Positions 28,247-37,761 of a stretch of DNA of 64,000 bases are shown here, one piece after another. The translations under genes were made by a program, and so were the position numbers. The notes beneath the pieces were generated by a model. It saw only the letters and a program-made list of their open reading frames with translations, was not told where the DNA came from and did not search any database. This DNA is from a bacterium (GTDB lineage: Bacteria > Zhuqueibacterota > Zhuqueibacteria > Residuimicrobiales > Krinioviventaceae). Location of the stretch: NCBI GenBank assembly GCA_963674595.2, contig CAXXFV010000008.1, positions 320,001-384,000 of the forward strand, read 5' to 3'. The stretch's first letter is position 1. Every line of letters starts with the position of its first letter.

Positions 28247-29428
28247 ATGAAAAGACCAAAATCACCAAAATGTTTTAAAATTTTCTTTCGTCCGATTTTT
28301 TATATTTTCAAAAAGTTTAAGCTGTGGATGGTGCCTGTTTATGTCATTAAAGGATTTGCAGGTCCTGAACGATATCCATTGACCATGGTTTATTTGGGAT
28401 ATAATAAAATTAACAGAGTTTACTGGTATGAATTGGTTTTTAATGGTGATGCAAAAACTGTTTTTAAGGGATATTGCTTTTTACCTGTTGCTGTTGTTTT
28501 AATAAATTTGTTATATAAGGAATGCGGATTTATCGTTTGTGACTCTGATAGAGGATTAGGGAAAAATATAAAAGAGCATAAATTATTCAAAATCCCTCAT
28601 TGGATGAGAATGCAAATGGACCTTTCACAGCCAATTTCCAGTATGAAAAAATATAATTGGTCTTCCTATAGACATATTGAACGTTATATTAGAAAATATG
28701 GTTATCATTATAAAATATCCACACAGGAAAAAGATTTCCAATACTTTTATCACCACATGTACAAGCCCTATGCTCAAAAGCGATTTGGTCAGGGTGCTGA
28801 AATCCATACCTATTCGCAGGTGTTTAAGAAAGAGAGACCAACACAACTTTATTTAATCTATAATGATTCACAATTGGTTGGGGGTGGGACAGTTGAATTT
28901 AAAAAAAATAAAACATTATTAGGCGGATATGGTGTTTTGGCTGGAAGTCAGGAATATATTGGTAAGGGTTTTTATGGGGCGTTTTATTATCTTATTATTA
29001 ATGACCTCCAGAAAAAAGGATATAAAAACCTCCAGGTAGGAGGGACGCGTCCCTTTCTGAATGATGGTGTAACAAGATTTAAAATACACCTGTTAAGCAC
29101 GGTTGATCATACATACCAATATAAAAGCAATGAATATGCTTACTTTATCCCAGGGAAATTGTCTCCCGGTTTAAAATGGTTTTTAACAGAGAATCCGTTT
29201 ATCTGTTTGGATTCTGACGACACACTAACCGCTGTAATTTGGTTGGATGCCGGATCGTTGTCATCTGAAGAGCGTTTTAAAAAAATATGCACCAGAATAA
29301 ATCGTTTGAATTTAAAGAATTGTCAGGTTAATTTACTAAATGAGCAAAAAGTTGTTTTTGATTTTCAACAATATATTGATTGTGAAAATGTTATGATTCA
29401 ACCTGCAAGAAATTCATCTGACTTGTAA
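28247..29428 (+). CDS. GNAT/FemAB-like hypothetical protein (paralogue of 33573..34808)
   Basis: IPHW, RYIRKYGY, FYHHMYKP..RFG, GGTRPFLNDGVTRFK; start uncertain (28223 or 28247). Confidence 0.65.
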   Translation: MKRPKSPKCFKIFFRPIFYIFKKFKLWMVPVYVIKGFAGPERYPLTMVYLGYNKINRVYWYELVFNGDAKTVFKGYCFLPVAVVLINLLYKECGFIVCDSDRGLGKNIKEHKLFKIPHWMRMQMDLSQPISSMKKYNWSSYRHIERYIRKYGYHYKISTQEKDFQYFYHHMYKPYAQKRFGQGAEIHTYSQVFKKERPTQLYLIYNDSQLVGGGTVEFKKNKTLLGGYGVLAGSQEYIGKGFYGAFYYLIINDLQKKGYKNLQVGGTRPFLNDGVTRFKIHLLSTVDHTYQYKSNEYAYFIPGKLSPGLKWFLTENPFICLDSDDTLTAVIWLDAGSLSSEERFKKICTRINRLNLKNCQVNLLNEQKVVFDFQQYIDCENVMIQPARNSSDL

Positions 29429-29444
29429 ATTACATGGATTTCAA

Positions 29445-30389
29445 GTGAAAATTATATCCAAAATGATTAAACTATCTGCTCCGTTTTTTCCCCTGGGCTG
29501 GTTATGTTCCGGTAAAAATTTACCTGTATTGCTGCCGTTTTATCATTTTGTGAGCGATGAAAAAAATCCGTTTATTAATAATTTCTACTATCCGTCCGTT
29601 AAACAGTTTGAAAAACAACTGGACCTTTTGCTTCGATATTTTCGGCCTGTTAGTCTGAATGAGTTATATGAAAATAAAAACCACCATCCTTCATTCCACT
29701 TGTCATTTGATGACGGCTTGCGCTCTTGTTTTGATATTGTAGCGCCTATATTGAAAAAAAAAGAAATACCCGCCACATTTTTTGTGAATCCGGATTTTGT
29801 TGGCAACCGTGGTCTTTCTCACCGGTTTAAAGAATCGATTCTTAACGATTTTGTTACCGGGGAAAAAGGCGCCAAGACAGGGTTGGTTTCGAACTATTCG
29901 GACGGACCTTTGCTGGACCAAAGAGCCAGGGACGCCGGACTTGACTGGAAGACATATCTTGAAACCGAAAAACCATATATGACACTGGAACAGTTGCAGC
30001 AATTAAAAAAGGATGGTTTTTCTATCGGGGCGCACAGTAACAGTCATGCCGAATTCTGGTTGTTGAATAAAGAACAACAACTGGATGAAATTAAGACGAG
30101 CATGGAGTGGATTAATCGATATTTTTCACCGGACATTAAAGCGTTTGCTTTTCCCTTTTCAGACTATGGTGTTTCCGAACAAGTTTTTCAGACAGTCAGA
30201 GAACAGCATATATGCGACCTTACATTTGGTACGGCAGGAATTGCAAGGCATTTGAAATTCGGACATTTTCAACGTTTGCCTATGGATAATGTACCTGACA
30301 TCAATGTTTTGCCCAGAATTAAAAAATTATTTTTTCCCTGTATGCTTGATTCGTTGAAACAAAAGCTAACGAGAAATAAAAGGGGCTAG
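29445..30389 (+). CDS. Polysaccharide deacetylase (CE4 / NodB-like)
   Basis: FYH, LSFDDG, PATFFV, IGAHSNSH, FAFPF. Confidence 0.88.
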   Translation: MKIISKMIKLSAPFFPLGWLCSGKNLPVLLPFYHFVSDEKNPFINNFYYPSVKQFEKQLDLLLRYFRPVSLNELYENKNHHPSFHLSFDDGLRSCFDIVAPILKKKEIPATFFVNPDFVGNRGLSHRFKESILNDFVTGEKGAKTGLVSNYSDGPLLDQRARDAGLDWKTYLETEKPYMTLEQLQQLKKDGFSIGAHSNSHAEFWLLNKEQQLDEIKTSMEWINRYFSPDIKAFAFPFSDYGVSEQVFQTVREQHICDLTFGTAGIARHLKFGHFQRLPMDNVPDINVLPRIKKLFFPCMLDSLKQKLTRNKRG

Positions 30390-30390
30390 C

Positions 30391-31455
30391 ATGGAATTAA
30401 TCAAGATACCTATCCATGAATTGGAGGCCTTTACTGCCAGTGAGTGGTTCCGGGCCTTGCCGGACAAACCAATCAGTTACTTGAGGGTAACATCTTATTT
30501 AAACAATCCCCATGCTCTTCCTGAGGATATTGTACTTTATTGTCTTTATGAAAAGGATCGTGTGCTCGCCTACCGGACCGTGTTTCCTGCGAGGCTTTCA
30601 TCAGGTGAACGGTTTGCGTGGTTAAGCGGAAACTGGGTCCATCCGGAATATAGACGTCAGGGACTTTCTAAAAGACTGCTTGCCGAAATCGACATCGACT
30701 GGAACCGGAAGCTCATGTTTACTAATTATGCTCCTGCTTCTCTTAATTTATATTTACAGACCGGTCTGTTTCACAAGGTGTATAGTGAAGGGGGTTTTCA
30801 ATTTTACCAGTTTCTTTCCACCAGAAATTTTTTAAATAAACGATTTCCCAAAATGTCATTTTTATGGCCTTTTGCTGATATCGTTTTGAAATGGATGATA
30901 TTGACTCGTTTGTTTTTTACCAAAGTTTATATTGGTCGGGAATTTACCGTTAAAAAAAGCCAATTCCCGGATGAGGCGTGTTACCAGCTTGCAGAAGAGC
31001 AAAAAACAGAGTATCTGTTTTTGCGGGGAAAGAGTGAGCTCAAGTGGATTTTGGATTATCCCTGGGTTTCATCTGCTAATAAACAAAATATCAGGGACTA
31101 TAATTTTTCATCCTGGGCAAAACAGTTCGAATATCGTACTGTGAAATTTTACAAAGACAGTATATTGGCCGGATTTCTGTTATATTCCATTCGCGACGGG
31201 CATTTAAAAACGTTGCATCAGCATTTTTCTGTTGATTGCTATCAGGTTGCTGCCCGTTTTCTGATTCGTGAAATGGTTCAGGGCCGATTTGAATTTATGA
31301 CGGTGTTGCAACCGCAACTGGCTAAAGCCATTGATGAACAAAAAAATACCTTTCTCGCAAGGGGTAAACGGACACATGATACGTACGCTTCATTCCCAGT
31401 AGATACTATCGGTAAAAAAATACAGGATGGCGACGGAGATTATATTTTTACGTGA
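30391..31455 (+). CDS. GNAT-family N-acyltransferase
   Basis: WVHPEYRRQGLS acyl-CoA binding loop. Confidence 0.8.
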   Translation: MELIKIPIHELEAFTASEWFRALPDKPISYLRVTSYLNNPHALPEDIVLYCLYEKDRVLAYRTVFPARLSSGERFAWLSGNWVHPEYRRQGLSKRLLAEIDIDWNRKLMFTNYAPASLNLYLQTGLFHKVYSEGGFQFYQFLSTRNFLNKRFPKMSFLWPFADIVLKWMILTRLFFTKVYIGREFTVKKSQFPDEACYQLAEEQKTEYLFLRGKSELKWILDYPWVSSANKQNIRDYNFSSWAKQFEYRTVKFYKDSILAGFLLYSIRDGHLKTLHQHFSVDCYQVAARFLIREMVQGRFEFMTVLQPQLAKAIDEQKNTFLARGKRTHDTYASFPVDTIGKKIQDGDGDYIFT

Positions 31456-31511
31456 CGCAAACTTAAGATTTTCATAACCCCTCAATCTATGGGTTTAATG
31501 TTTTTCCGCAG

Positions 31512-32513
31512 CTACAAGTACCGGTTCATTTTTTTCATTTTATGGTAGACTGAACATTGAGTGCAGGGAATATCCTCCCGCTCTTTGGCAATGCCCAGTA
31601 ACATTTTTTTTGCATATTGAAATCGTTCATTTTTACGGAGATTAAGCCCTGTTTCAAATGCATTGCCATAATCGTCCCATTTATTAATACAACACCCCAA
31701 TATTTTGCCGTCCCAGTTGATTTGCGGTGACAGCCAGAGTTGTCTGCATATACCTGTCGGCAGGTTGTTTTCTGCATTGGGCCGGGTATTTTGTTTTAGC
31801 GGCGAATAGGTTTCACTCCAGTTATTCTTAACTTCAAATTCCATTCCCAGAGCATCAGCCATTTCCCGTGCAACAGGCAATTCTTTTTCGTTATGTCCAA
31901 ACAGAATGAATTGCCAGCGTAACCTTGGGAACGCACTGCCATAGTGTTGTTTATATCCATTGATTTTTTTGATATTATTAATGACCGTGTCAAAATTGCC
32001 GCCAATTCGGTAGATCGAATAGGTTTTATTATTGGTCCCATCCAGTGCTATATTGATGTGACGAAATTGACAGGTGACCAGCATTTCAAGCACCTCATCA
32101 TCAACGGTATTGAGATTTACGCCATTGTATGCAGTCAATTCAATTTGTTTTTTATAAGCATATTGAAGAATGTCTTTAAAATGCGGATTCAGAAAAATTT
32201 CTCCAAAGTTTGAAACTTCAATTCGTCTGATATGGGGGAACCTGTCGAGCAATGTACGAAAATCCTCAAATCGCAAATAACCCTTTCCAATAATGCCGGT
32301 TTTACCCTGTGCCTGAGAGCAGACAGGGCATTTTAATTGGCAGCATGAACAGAGTTCCAGTTGAATCTTGTCAGCCAAACCGTAACGGATATAATTAATT
32401 AACGCATCTCTAATATGCATCTCCCGCAGGAGCCTGATGCGGTTCCGAACAGACCTGGCAATTGCTTTAAGTTGATTTTTTATGATTAATAATCTTTTAA
32501 ATGCAGGGTTCAT
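31512..32513 (-). CDS. Radical SAM protein with SPASM/twitch domain
   Basis: CQLKCPVC (CxxxCxxC); C-terminal CRQLW..DGKILGCC..CTQC. Confidence 0.9.
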   Translation of the reverse strand: MNPAFKRLLIIKNQLKAIARSVRNRIRLLREMHIRDALINYIRYGLADKIQLELCSCCQLKCPVCSQAQGKTGIIGKGYLRFEDFRTLLDRFPHIRRIEVSNFGEIFLNPHFKDILQYAYKKQIELTAYNGVNLNTVDDEVLEMLVTCQFRHINIALDGTNNKTYSIYRIGGNFDTVINNIKKINGYKQHYGSAFPRLRWQFILFGHNEKELPVAREMADALGMEFEVKNNWSETYSPLKQNTRPNAENNLPTGICRQLWLSPQINWDGKILGCCINKWDDYGNAFETGLNLRKNERFQYAKKMLLGIAKEREDIPCTQCSVYHKMKKMNRYL

Positions 32514-32565
32514 AAAATTTTTATTATGTCATTAAAGCTGAACCGGCTATCAGCTAGTAATTATT

Positions 32566-33576
32566 TTAATGTTTTTTTAAAATTAGTTTTATAATCGCTT
32601 TGAAATGCGACAAAATTTGTGATAAATGATAGCGCAGATTGTTTTTAATATTTTCATTATAAATTTCAAAATAGGGAGTGAGGGATCCTCCAAAACCCCG
32701 AAAATGACGTTCTATCCGTTCAATATTTGATCCCCCGAAATTAAAATACCCTGTTTTACCTTTGAAAAACTGAATGGCTTGCCATAAAACAAGAGTATGC
32801 CCGCCAAGTTTTCTGTATTTGGGGTCACTGCCGGAAAGTAATAAATATGCAGATTTTTTATTAAAAGAAATATAAACCATAGCATGGACCTGATTATTCG
32901 TGTCAACAGCCTTGAACATGATACGGTTTCCGTTTTTTCTGACAGCTTTATCAAGGGCTTTTATCCTTTCAAAGGGGATGATATATTCCCGACCCTGCCT
33001 TTGATAAGTCAAACTTAGAAATTGATACAACAGTTCGAGATTGTTGTCCTGTTCAATCCTGATTCCCTTTGCCTGCGCTTTTTTTATGATCCGTTGTGTC
33101 ATGTTATTCAAATTTTTCCACAAATTGTCAGCAGGTTGAGGATATTTTATAATATAGGTGTACTTTGTCGTCTGTTTGAACCCTTTCCAGCGCAGGGGGA
33201 GCCAATCGGTAAAATTGGGGTGGAAACTCATCCTGACAAAATTATCCAGGGGTAGTCCTGCCAGCAGAGCATTTATCCATCGTCGCTGATTGGACGTCTG
33301 CTTATATTCTGATATGCCTTTTTGATGTTTGTAAAGTACACCAAGGGTCCGCACTAAAAGAGGTTCGTTTATTTTGCCAAGCTCATCAAAGGCAATCGGC
33401 ATACCGGCAACGATTTCATTATTCTCTATTGCTGCGATAATTTTGAATCTGGATTGGGTCATTGCTTCCAGCCACCAGGAATAACAAAACATATCTCCCT
33501 GTGGTGACTGATCAACAAAAAGATTCCATTCATGGAACCTTTCTTTTTCCAAGGTTATTATATTCGTTTCTTTCAT
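32566..33576 (-). CDS. GNAT/FemAB-like acyltransferase
   Basis: WNLFVDQSPQG..F..SWWL, RIIKKA, FNFGGSNIERIERHFRGFGG. Confidence 0.8.
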   Translation of the reverse strand: MKETNIITLEKERFHEWNLFVDQSPQGDMFCYSWWLEAMTQSRFKIIAAIENNEIVAGMPIAFDELGKINEPLLVRTLGVLYKHQKGISEYKQTSNQRRWINALLAGLPLDNFVRMSFHPNFTDWLPLRWKGFKQTTKYTYIIKYPQPADNLWKNLNNMTQRIIKKAQAKGIRIEQDNNLELLYQFLSLTYQRQGREYIIPFERIKALDKAVRKNGNRIMFKAVDTNNQVHAMVYISFNKKSAYLLLSGSDPKYRKLGGHTLVLWQAIQFFKGKTGYFNFGGSNIERIERHFRGFGGSLTPYFEIYNENIKNNLRYHLSQILSHFKAIIKLILKKH

Positions 33577-34808
33577 CGGTTAACAATATATTTGTCGGCA
33601 TTATGAATAGCAAGCGGTGTTACAACTGTATTAAATATGTCATTTTTGAGTTGTTGTTCTGATTTACCAAAACAATTTACCTCACAATGTTTAACACCAA
33701 ATCGTTTCATTCGATTATAGTTTTTTAAAAAATCAGTTTTTTCTTTATTATGGTCAGACAGCCACAATGCCCCTTGTAATTGTTCATTTTCAGCAAGATA
33801 TATAAAGGGATTGTTGACAAGAGTATCTCTGAGTCCAGCCGTATCACGGTGTATTAACATGGAAATATATTTGTTGTTTTTATATTTAATGTCTTGTGTC
33901 AATTGAGCCATCATGTGTATTTTATAGCGCGTTACACTGTCATTAATGAACGCATGAGAAACACCAATAAAAACTTTATGGCACCCTCTGTTTTGCAGAG
34001 TTTGTACGGTAAAATAGTACAATGCTCCCAAAAGCCCTTCATGAAGATTTTTCAAATATTTTTTTTTAATTCCTAAAAAAGAAATTTTGGCATCATTGTT
34101 TTTATATTTCATCAGAAATCCCCCTAATATTTCTGATTGTTTTTTCAACAGAATTAATTCGTGCTGAGACTCTGTATCAAATATTTCGTGATATTTCCAC
34201 AAAGTTGCTGAATCGCCGAATCTGTAGCGGACAAACGGAGTATACATATTGTGATAAAAATCGGCAAAAACATCAGGTTCATTTGAAAATTCACAGGTAT
34301 ACCCGTACTTGCGAATAAGACGGGCACTATCACGGTATCCGGATTTGCTTTTTCTTTCCATTTTTTTAATCGGCTGTGAGATGTCTATTTCGCTTTCTAT
34401 CCAAAAAGGTATAATAAATTTTTGTTTTTTTTGTAAATACCATTTCATTGGCCGATTAAGTTCCCAGAGTGTTATTGCGCAGTCATGGTGTTTTTTCTCA
34501 AGAAGGAACATTATAAAATATAACAACCTGTTCCCCAGAAAAGTAACTTTAAAATCAGGATTAAATAAAAGAGAAAGATAATAACGCTGAAAAGTACAAG
34601 TCTTGCCGATATAGGCAACACAGAGAGGAAAATTGTTATGTTTGCTTGTTCCGTTCCATATATATACGGGAGGGTATATGGACGTCATCCCTTTGTAAAG
34701 AAATAGTAAAGGGCGCAACAGTATGCGTATGCGATTGGGTATCTTTAAATAAATTATTTTTAAAAGAGATATTATACGCATTATTTGAAATACAGTCTTG
34801 TTATTCAA
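33573..34808 (-). CDS. GNAT/FemAB-like hypothetical protein (paralogue of 28247..29428)
   Basis: IPFW, RLIRKYGY, FYHNMYTP..RFG, GALYY, FINDSVTRYKIH, NPFI. Confidence 0.65.
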   Translation of the reverse strand: MNNKTVFQIMRIISLLKIIYLKIPNRIRILLRPLLFLYKGMTSIYPPVYIWNGTSKHNNFPLCVAYIGKTCTFQRYYLSLLFNPDFKVTFLGNRLLYFIMFLLEKKHHDCAITLWELNRPMKWYLQKKQKFIIPFWIESEIDISQPIKKMERKSKSGYRDSARLIRKYGYTCEFSNEPDVFADFYHNMYTPFVRYRFGDSATLWKYHEIFDTESQHELILLKKQSEILGGFLMKYKNNDAKISFLGIKKKYLKNLHEGLLGALYYFTVQTLQNRGCHKVFIGVSHAFINDSVTRYKIHMMAQLTQDIKYKNNKYISMLIHRDTAGLRDTLVNNPFIYLAENEQLQGALWLSDHNKEKTDFLKNYNRMKRFGVKHCEVNCFGKSEQQLKNDIFNTVVTPLAIHNADKYIVNR

Positions 34809-35081
34809 GTTCGTAAATGTTTATATATAATGAAGAATTATACAAGTGTTGGCATACTGTGTTCGGCTATGTTTTTTAAAATAGACAATTTAAACAAACC
34901 AATCAAGAACGTTGTTATAAATAACATTGTTAGTCTTTTAATCAGCTATGATTAATCTCATTTTTAATTTGAGTTTTTGTGGATTTTGCCTTATTTTTTG
35001 AGTTGTGAATAAGTTATTTGGTTTATTACTATTTAAAATGTTTTAATTGAGACACCAGGTGGTGCTCTTTTAAGGATTGAC

Positions 35082-35996
35082 TTGAGTACAAACAAATTGA
35101 TACATAATCCTCTGGTTTCTGTTATTGTTCCGAATTTTAATCATGCCCAATATTTACCCCAACGATTGGATTCGATTTTAAACCAAACCTACTCTGAATA
35201 TGAGCTGATCATTTTGGATGATTGTTCTTCAGATGAGAGCCGGCAAGTTATTAGTCAGTATCAAAAAAAGTATCCGCAAATATCTACCTGTTTTAATAAA
35301 GAAAACAGCGGAACGCCTTTTAAACAATGGAATTTGGGTGTTGGTCTGGCAAAAGGCGATTTTATCTGGATTGCTGAATCTGATGACTTTGCAGATGTTA
35401 ACTTTTTAAGTTCGGTTGTGCCAGTTCTTGAAAAGAATCCCAATGTAGCGATTGTACACTGTTTAACACAGCGGGTTGATGAAAATGGTGACATTTTACA
35501 AACAAAAAAAAATCATTTTCCCATGGGATGCCATCCCCGATGGGAAAATGATTTTATTAATAGCGGTGATAAACAAGTCTCTCATTTTTTAGCAAAATCG
35601 AACACAATTATCAATGTTAGTGGTTGTTTGTTGCGGAAAACATGTTACATGGAATCGGGTTGGGCGGATGAAACCATGAAATATTGTGCGGACTGGTATC
35701 TCTATATACGAATGTTGAAAAAGTATGATATTGCTTTTGTTGCCGGGCCCCTTAATTTTTTTCGGCGTCATAATACGTCATCTTATAATCAATATTTTAT
35801 TGATAACGCTTATATAAAAGAACTGGTCAAAGTCTATAATTTTACTGTAAATAATTTCATATTACCTGTAAAAGTCAGGGTAAGAATTATAAGGATATTG
35901 ACAAAGTTACTTTTTAAAAAGTTATTCAAGGGAACCGCCCCTTCACTTGAGAATATTTTTTCTGTATTAAAATTGTTTTGTAGATTTTTACGTTAG
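35082..35996 (+). CDS. Glycosyltransferase family 2
   Basis: VSVIVPNFNH, LDDCSSD, NSGTPFKQWN, IWIAESDD. Confidence 0.92.
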   Translation: MSTNKLIHNPLVSVIVPNFNHAQYLPQRLDSILNQTYSEYELIILDDCSSDESRQVISQYQKKYPQISTCFNKENSGTPFKQWNLGVGLAKGDFIWIAESDDFADVNFLSSVVPVLEKNPNVAIVHCLTQRVDENGDILQTKKNHFPMGCHPRWENDFINSGDKQVSHFLAKSNTIINVSGCLLRKTCYMESGWADETMKYCADWYLYIRMLKKYDIAFVAGPLNFFRRHNTSSYNQYFIDNAYIKELVKVYNFTVNNFILPVKVRVRIIRILTKLLFKKLFKGTAPSLENIFSVLKLFCRFLR

Positions 35997-36033
35997 TGCC
36001 GGATGACTTGTCGAATGTCATCTTTATTCCAGG

Positions 36034-36074
36034 CAGGGAAAAGAGATGATCTATGACCATCCTTTCCCTGTTTT
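36034..36074. terminator. Hairpin between convergent genes, probable intrinsic terminator
   Basis: CAGGGAAA..TTTCCCTG stem followed by TTTT. Confidence 0.5.
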
Positions 36075-36101
36075 GGTTCAATTTATCCTGTTTGAGTCGT
36101 C

Positions 36102-36746
36102 TCAGGCAATCAGCTTTTTAATACCATCTGCAAAAGATTCTAAAATTAAACAACTGGAGGCAGCCCCGGCATCAATAAAACCTCTTGAGCGTTCACCCAA
36201 ACGGCTGGCACGGCCTACGCGCGCCACTAAATCCTTTGTCGAATCTCTTCCTTTAATCGCTGCCTCTTTCATCGAATCTAATAATTCGTCAAAAGGTTTG
36301 CCTTCGTTTAATCCGGCATGATATGCTTTTATCGCCGGAACGATGGTGTCGAGCATGGTTTTATCACCGACTTCTGCTACGCCAATCTCACGTACGCTGT
36401 TTTCTCCTGCAACCAGCATTTCGCCGAAAATGTGCTTGTCGATAGTTTCTTTGTTGTCGCAGGTATCTGCCAGGGCCATAAAAAACATACCGTATAAAGG
36501 CCCCATCGATCCCCCGATATCCTGCACAAGGATTTGTGAGAGCGTGTTCAGACTATGAGCAAGATCACCGGGAGTTTTGTCCAGTTCCTGCTCACATAGT
36601 GTAAAACCCTTGTTCATATTAATGCCATGATCACCATCGCCGATTGCACCATCTATATCACTCAGGTATTGTTTATTATTCTGGATGACTTTGATCAAAT
36701 CTTTGACGAGAATGCCGCCATCGCTGTTTGAAAATGATTCCTTCAC
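36102..36746 (-). CDS. dhaL: Dihydroxyacetone-kinase-family subunit L
   Basis: DGAIGDGDHG, GGSMGPLYG, GDKTMLD, GRASRLGERS, DAGA. Confidence 0.9.
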   Translation of the reverse strand: MKESFSNSDGGILVKDLIKVIQNNKQYLSDIDGAIGDGDHGINMNKGFTLCEQELDKTPGDLAHSLNTLSQILVQDIGGSMGPLYGMFFMALADTCDNKETIDKHIFGEMLVAGENSVREIGVAEVGDKTMLDTIVPAIKAYHAGLNEGKPFDELLDSMKEAAIKGRDSTKDLVARVGRASRLGERSRGFIDAGAASSCLILESFADGIKKLIA

Positions 36747-36749
36747 CTA

Positions 36750-37757
36750 TTACCTCCTTGAAAACTGGGTTAATCCCATTGATTCCGCTTCATAATCTAT
36801 ACATTCTTTCAATTCGTCATCCAGTTTCATGATGGTAAGTGTGGCTCCGGTCATTTCCAGTGATGTGAAATAATTGCCGACATAAGACGCGTGTATTGTC
36901 AGGCCTTTTTCTGCACAAATATCAAATACCTTGTTGTACAGGATATAAAGTTCCGACGGAGGTGTAGCGCCCAACCCGGATAATAGCACGACAACCTGAT
37001 CTCCGTTAACAAACGGAAGATCCGGCAGAATAATATTCATCATTCGTTCTGATATTTCATTTGCCGTTTCGAGTTTAACAACTTCCAGACCCGGCTCGCC
37101 ATGATGACCGATACCAACTTCCATCGTGCCGTCTTCAATCGTAAAGTTGGGATGACCTACTTCGGGAATGGTGCAGGGACTCAGTCCGATGCCCATACTT
37201 CGTGTATTATCAATGGCTTTTTGCGCCGCAGCAATTACCTGATCCAGATTGGCGCCCATGGCGGCCTTTGCTCCCCCTACTTTCCACATCAATATTTCAC
37301 CGGCTACGCCTCTTCTTTTATTTAATTGATCATTGGGAGCGGAAGGGACATCATCATTGGCAACGACTGTTTTTACCTGAATTCCCACTTTTTCAGCCAT
37401 TTTTATTGCCATTTTAACATTCATATTATCACCGGCATAATTCCCGTAAAGGCAGGCAACGCCATTACCGGAATCCGCAGCTTTGAAAGCATCTAAAAAC
37501 ATTTGTGCGGGTGGAGATGAAAACAATTCTCCTACTGCCACGGCATCCACCATATTTTTACCAATGTAACCGATGAATGCGGGTTTATGACCTGATCCGC
37601 CGCCGGTTACAATGCCTACCTTGCCGTCGATGGGAGCGTCTTTGTATTTTACAACCCGGCGGTTCTCTGTTTTGGACACGACATGAGACATTGCCTTCAG
37701 ATAACCTTCGAGCATTTCGTCAACTACATCTTTAGGATCATTAATAAATTTTTGCAT
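36750..37757 (-). CDS. dhaK: Dihydroxyacetone-kinase-family subunit K
   Basis: GGGSGH, NYAGD, RRGVAG, GIGHHGEPG, TSLEM; start ATG 37757 after GGAG RBS. Confidence 0.9.
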   Translation of the reverse strand: MQKFINDPKDVVDEMLEGYLKAMSHVVSKTENRRVVKYKDAPIDGKVGIVTGGGSGHKPAFIGYIGKNMVDAVAVGELFSSPPAQMFLDAFKAADSGNGVACLYGNYAGDNMNVKMAIKMAEKVGIQVKTVVANDDVPSAPNDQLNKRRGVAGEILMWKVGGAKAAMGANLDQVIAAAQKAIDNTRSMGIGLSPCTIPEVGHPNFTIEDGTMEVGIGHHGEPGLEVVKLETANEISERMMNIILPDLPFVNGDQVVVLLSGLGATPPSELYILYNKVFDICAEKGLTIHASYVGNYFTSLEMTGATLTIMKLDDELKECIDYEAESMGLTQFSRR

Positions 37758-37761
37758 GTTA

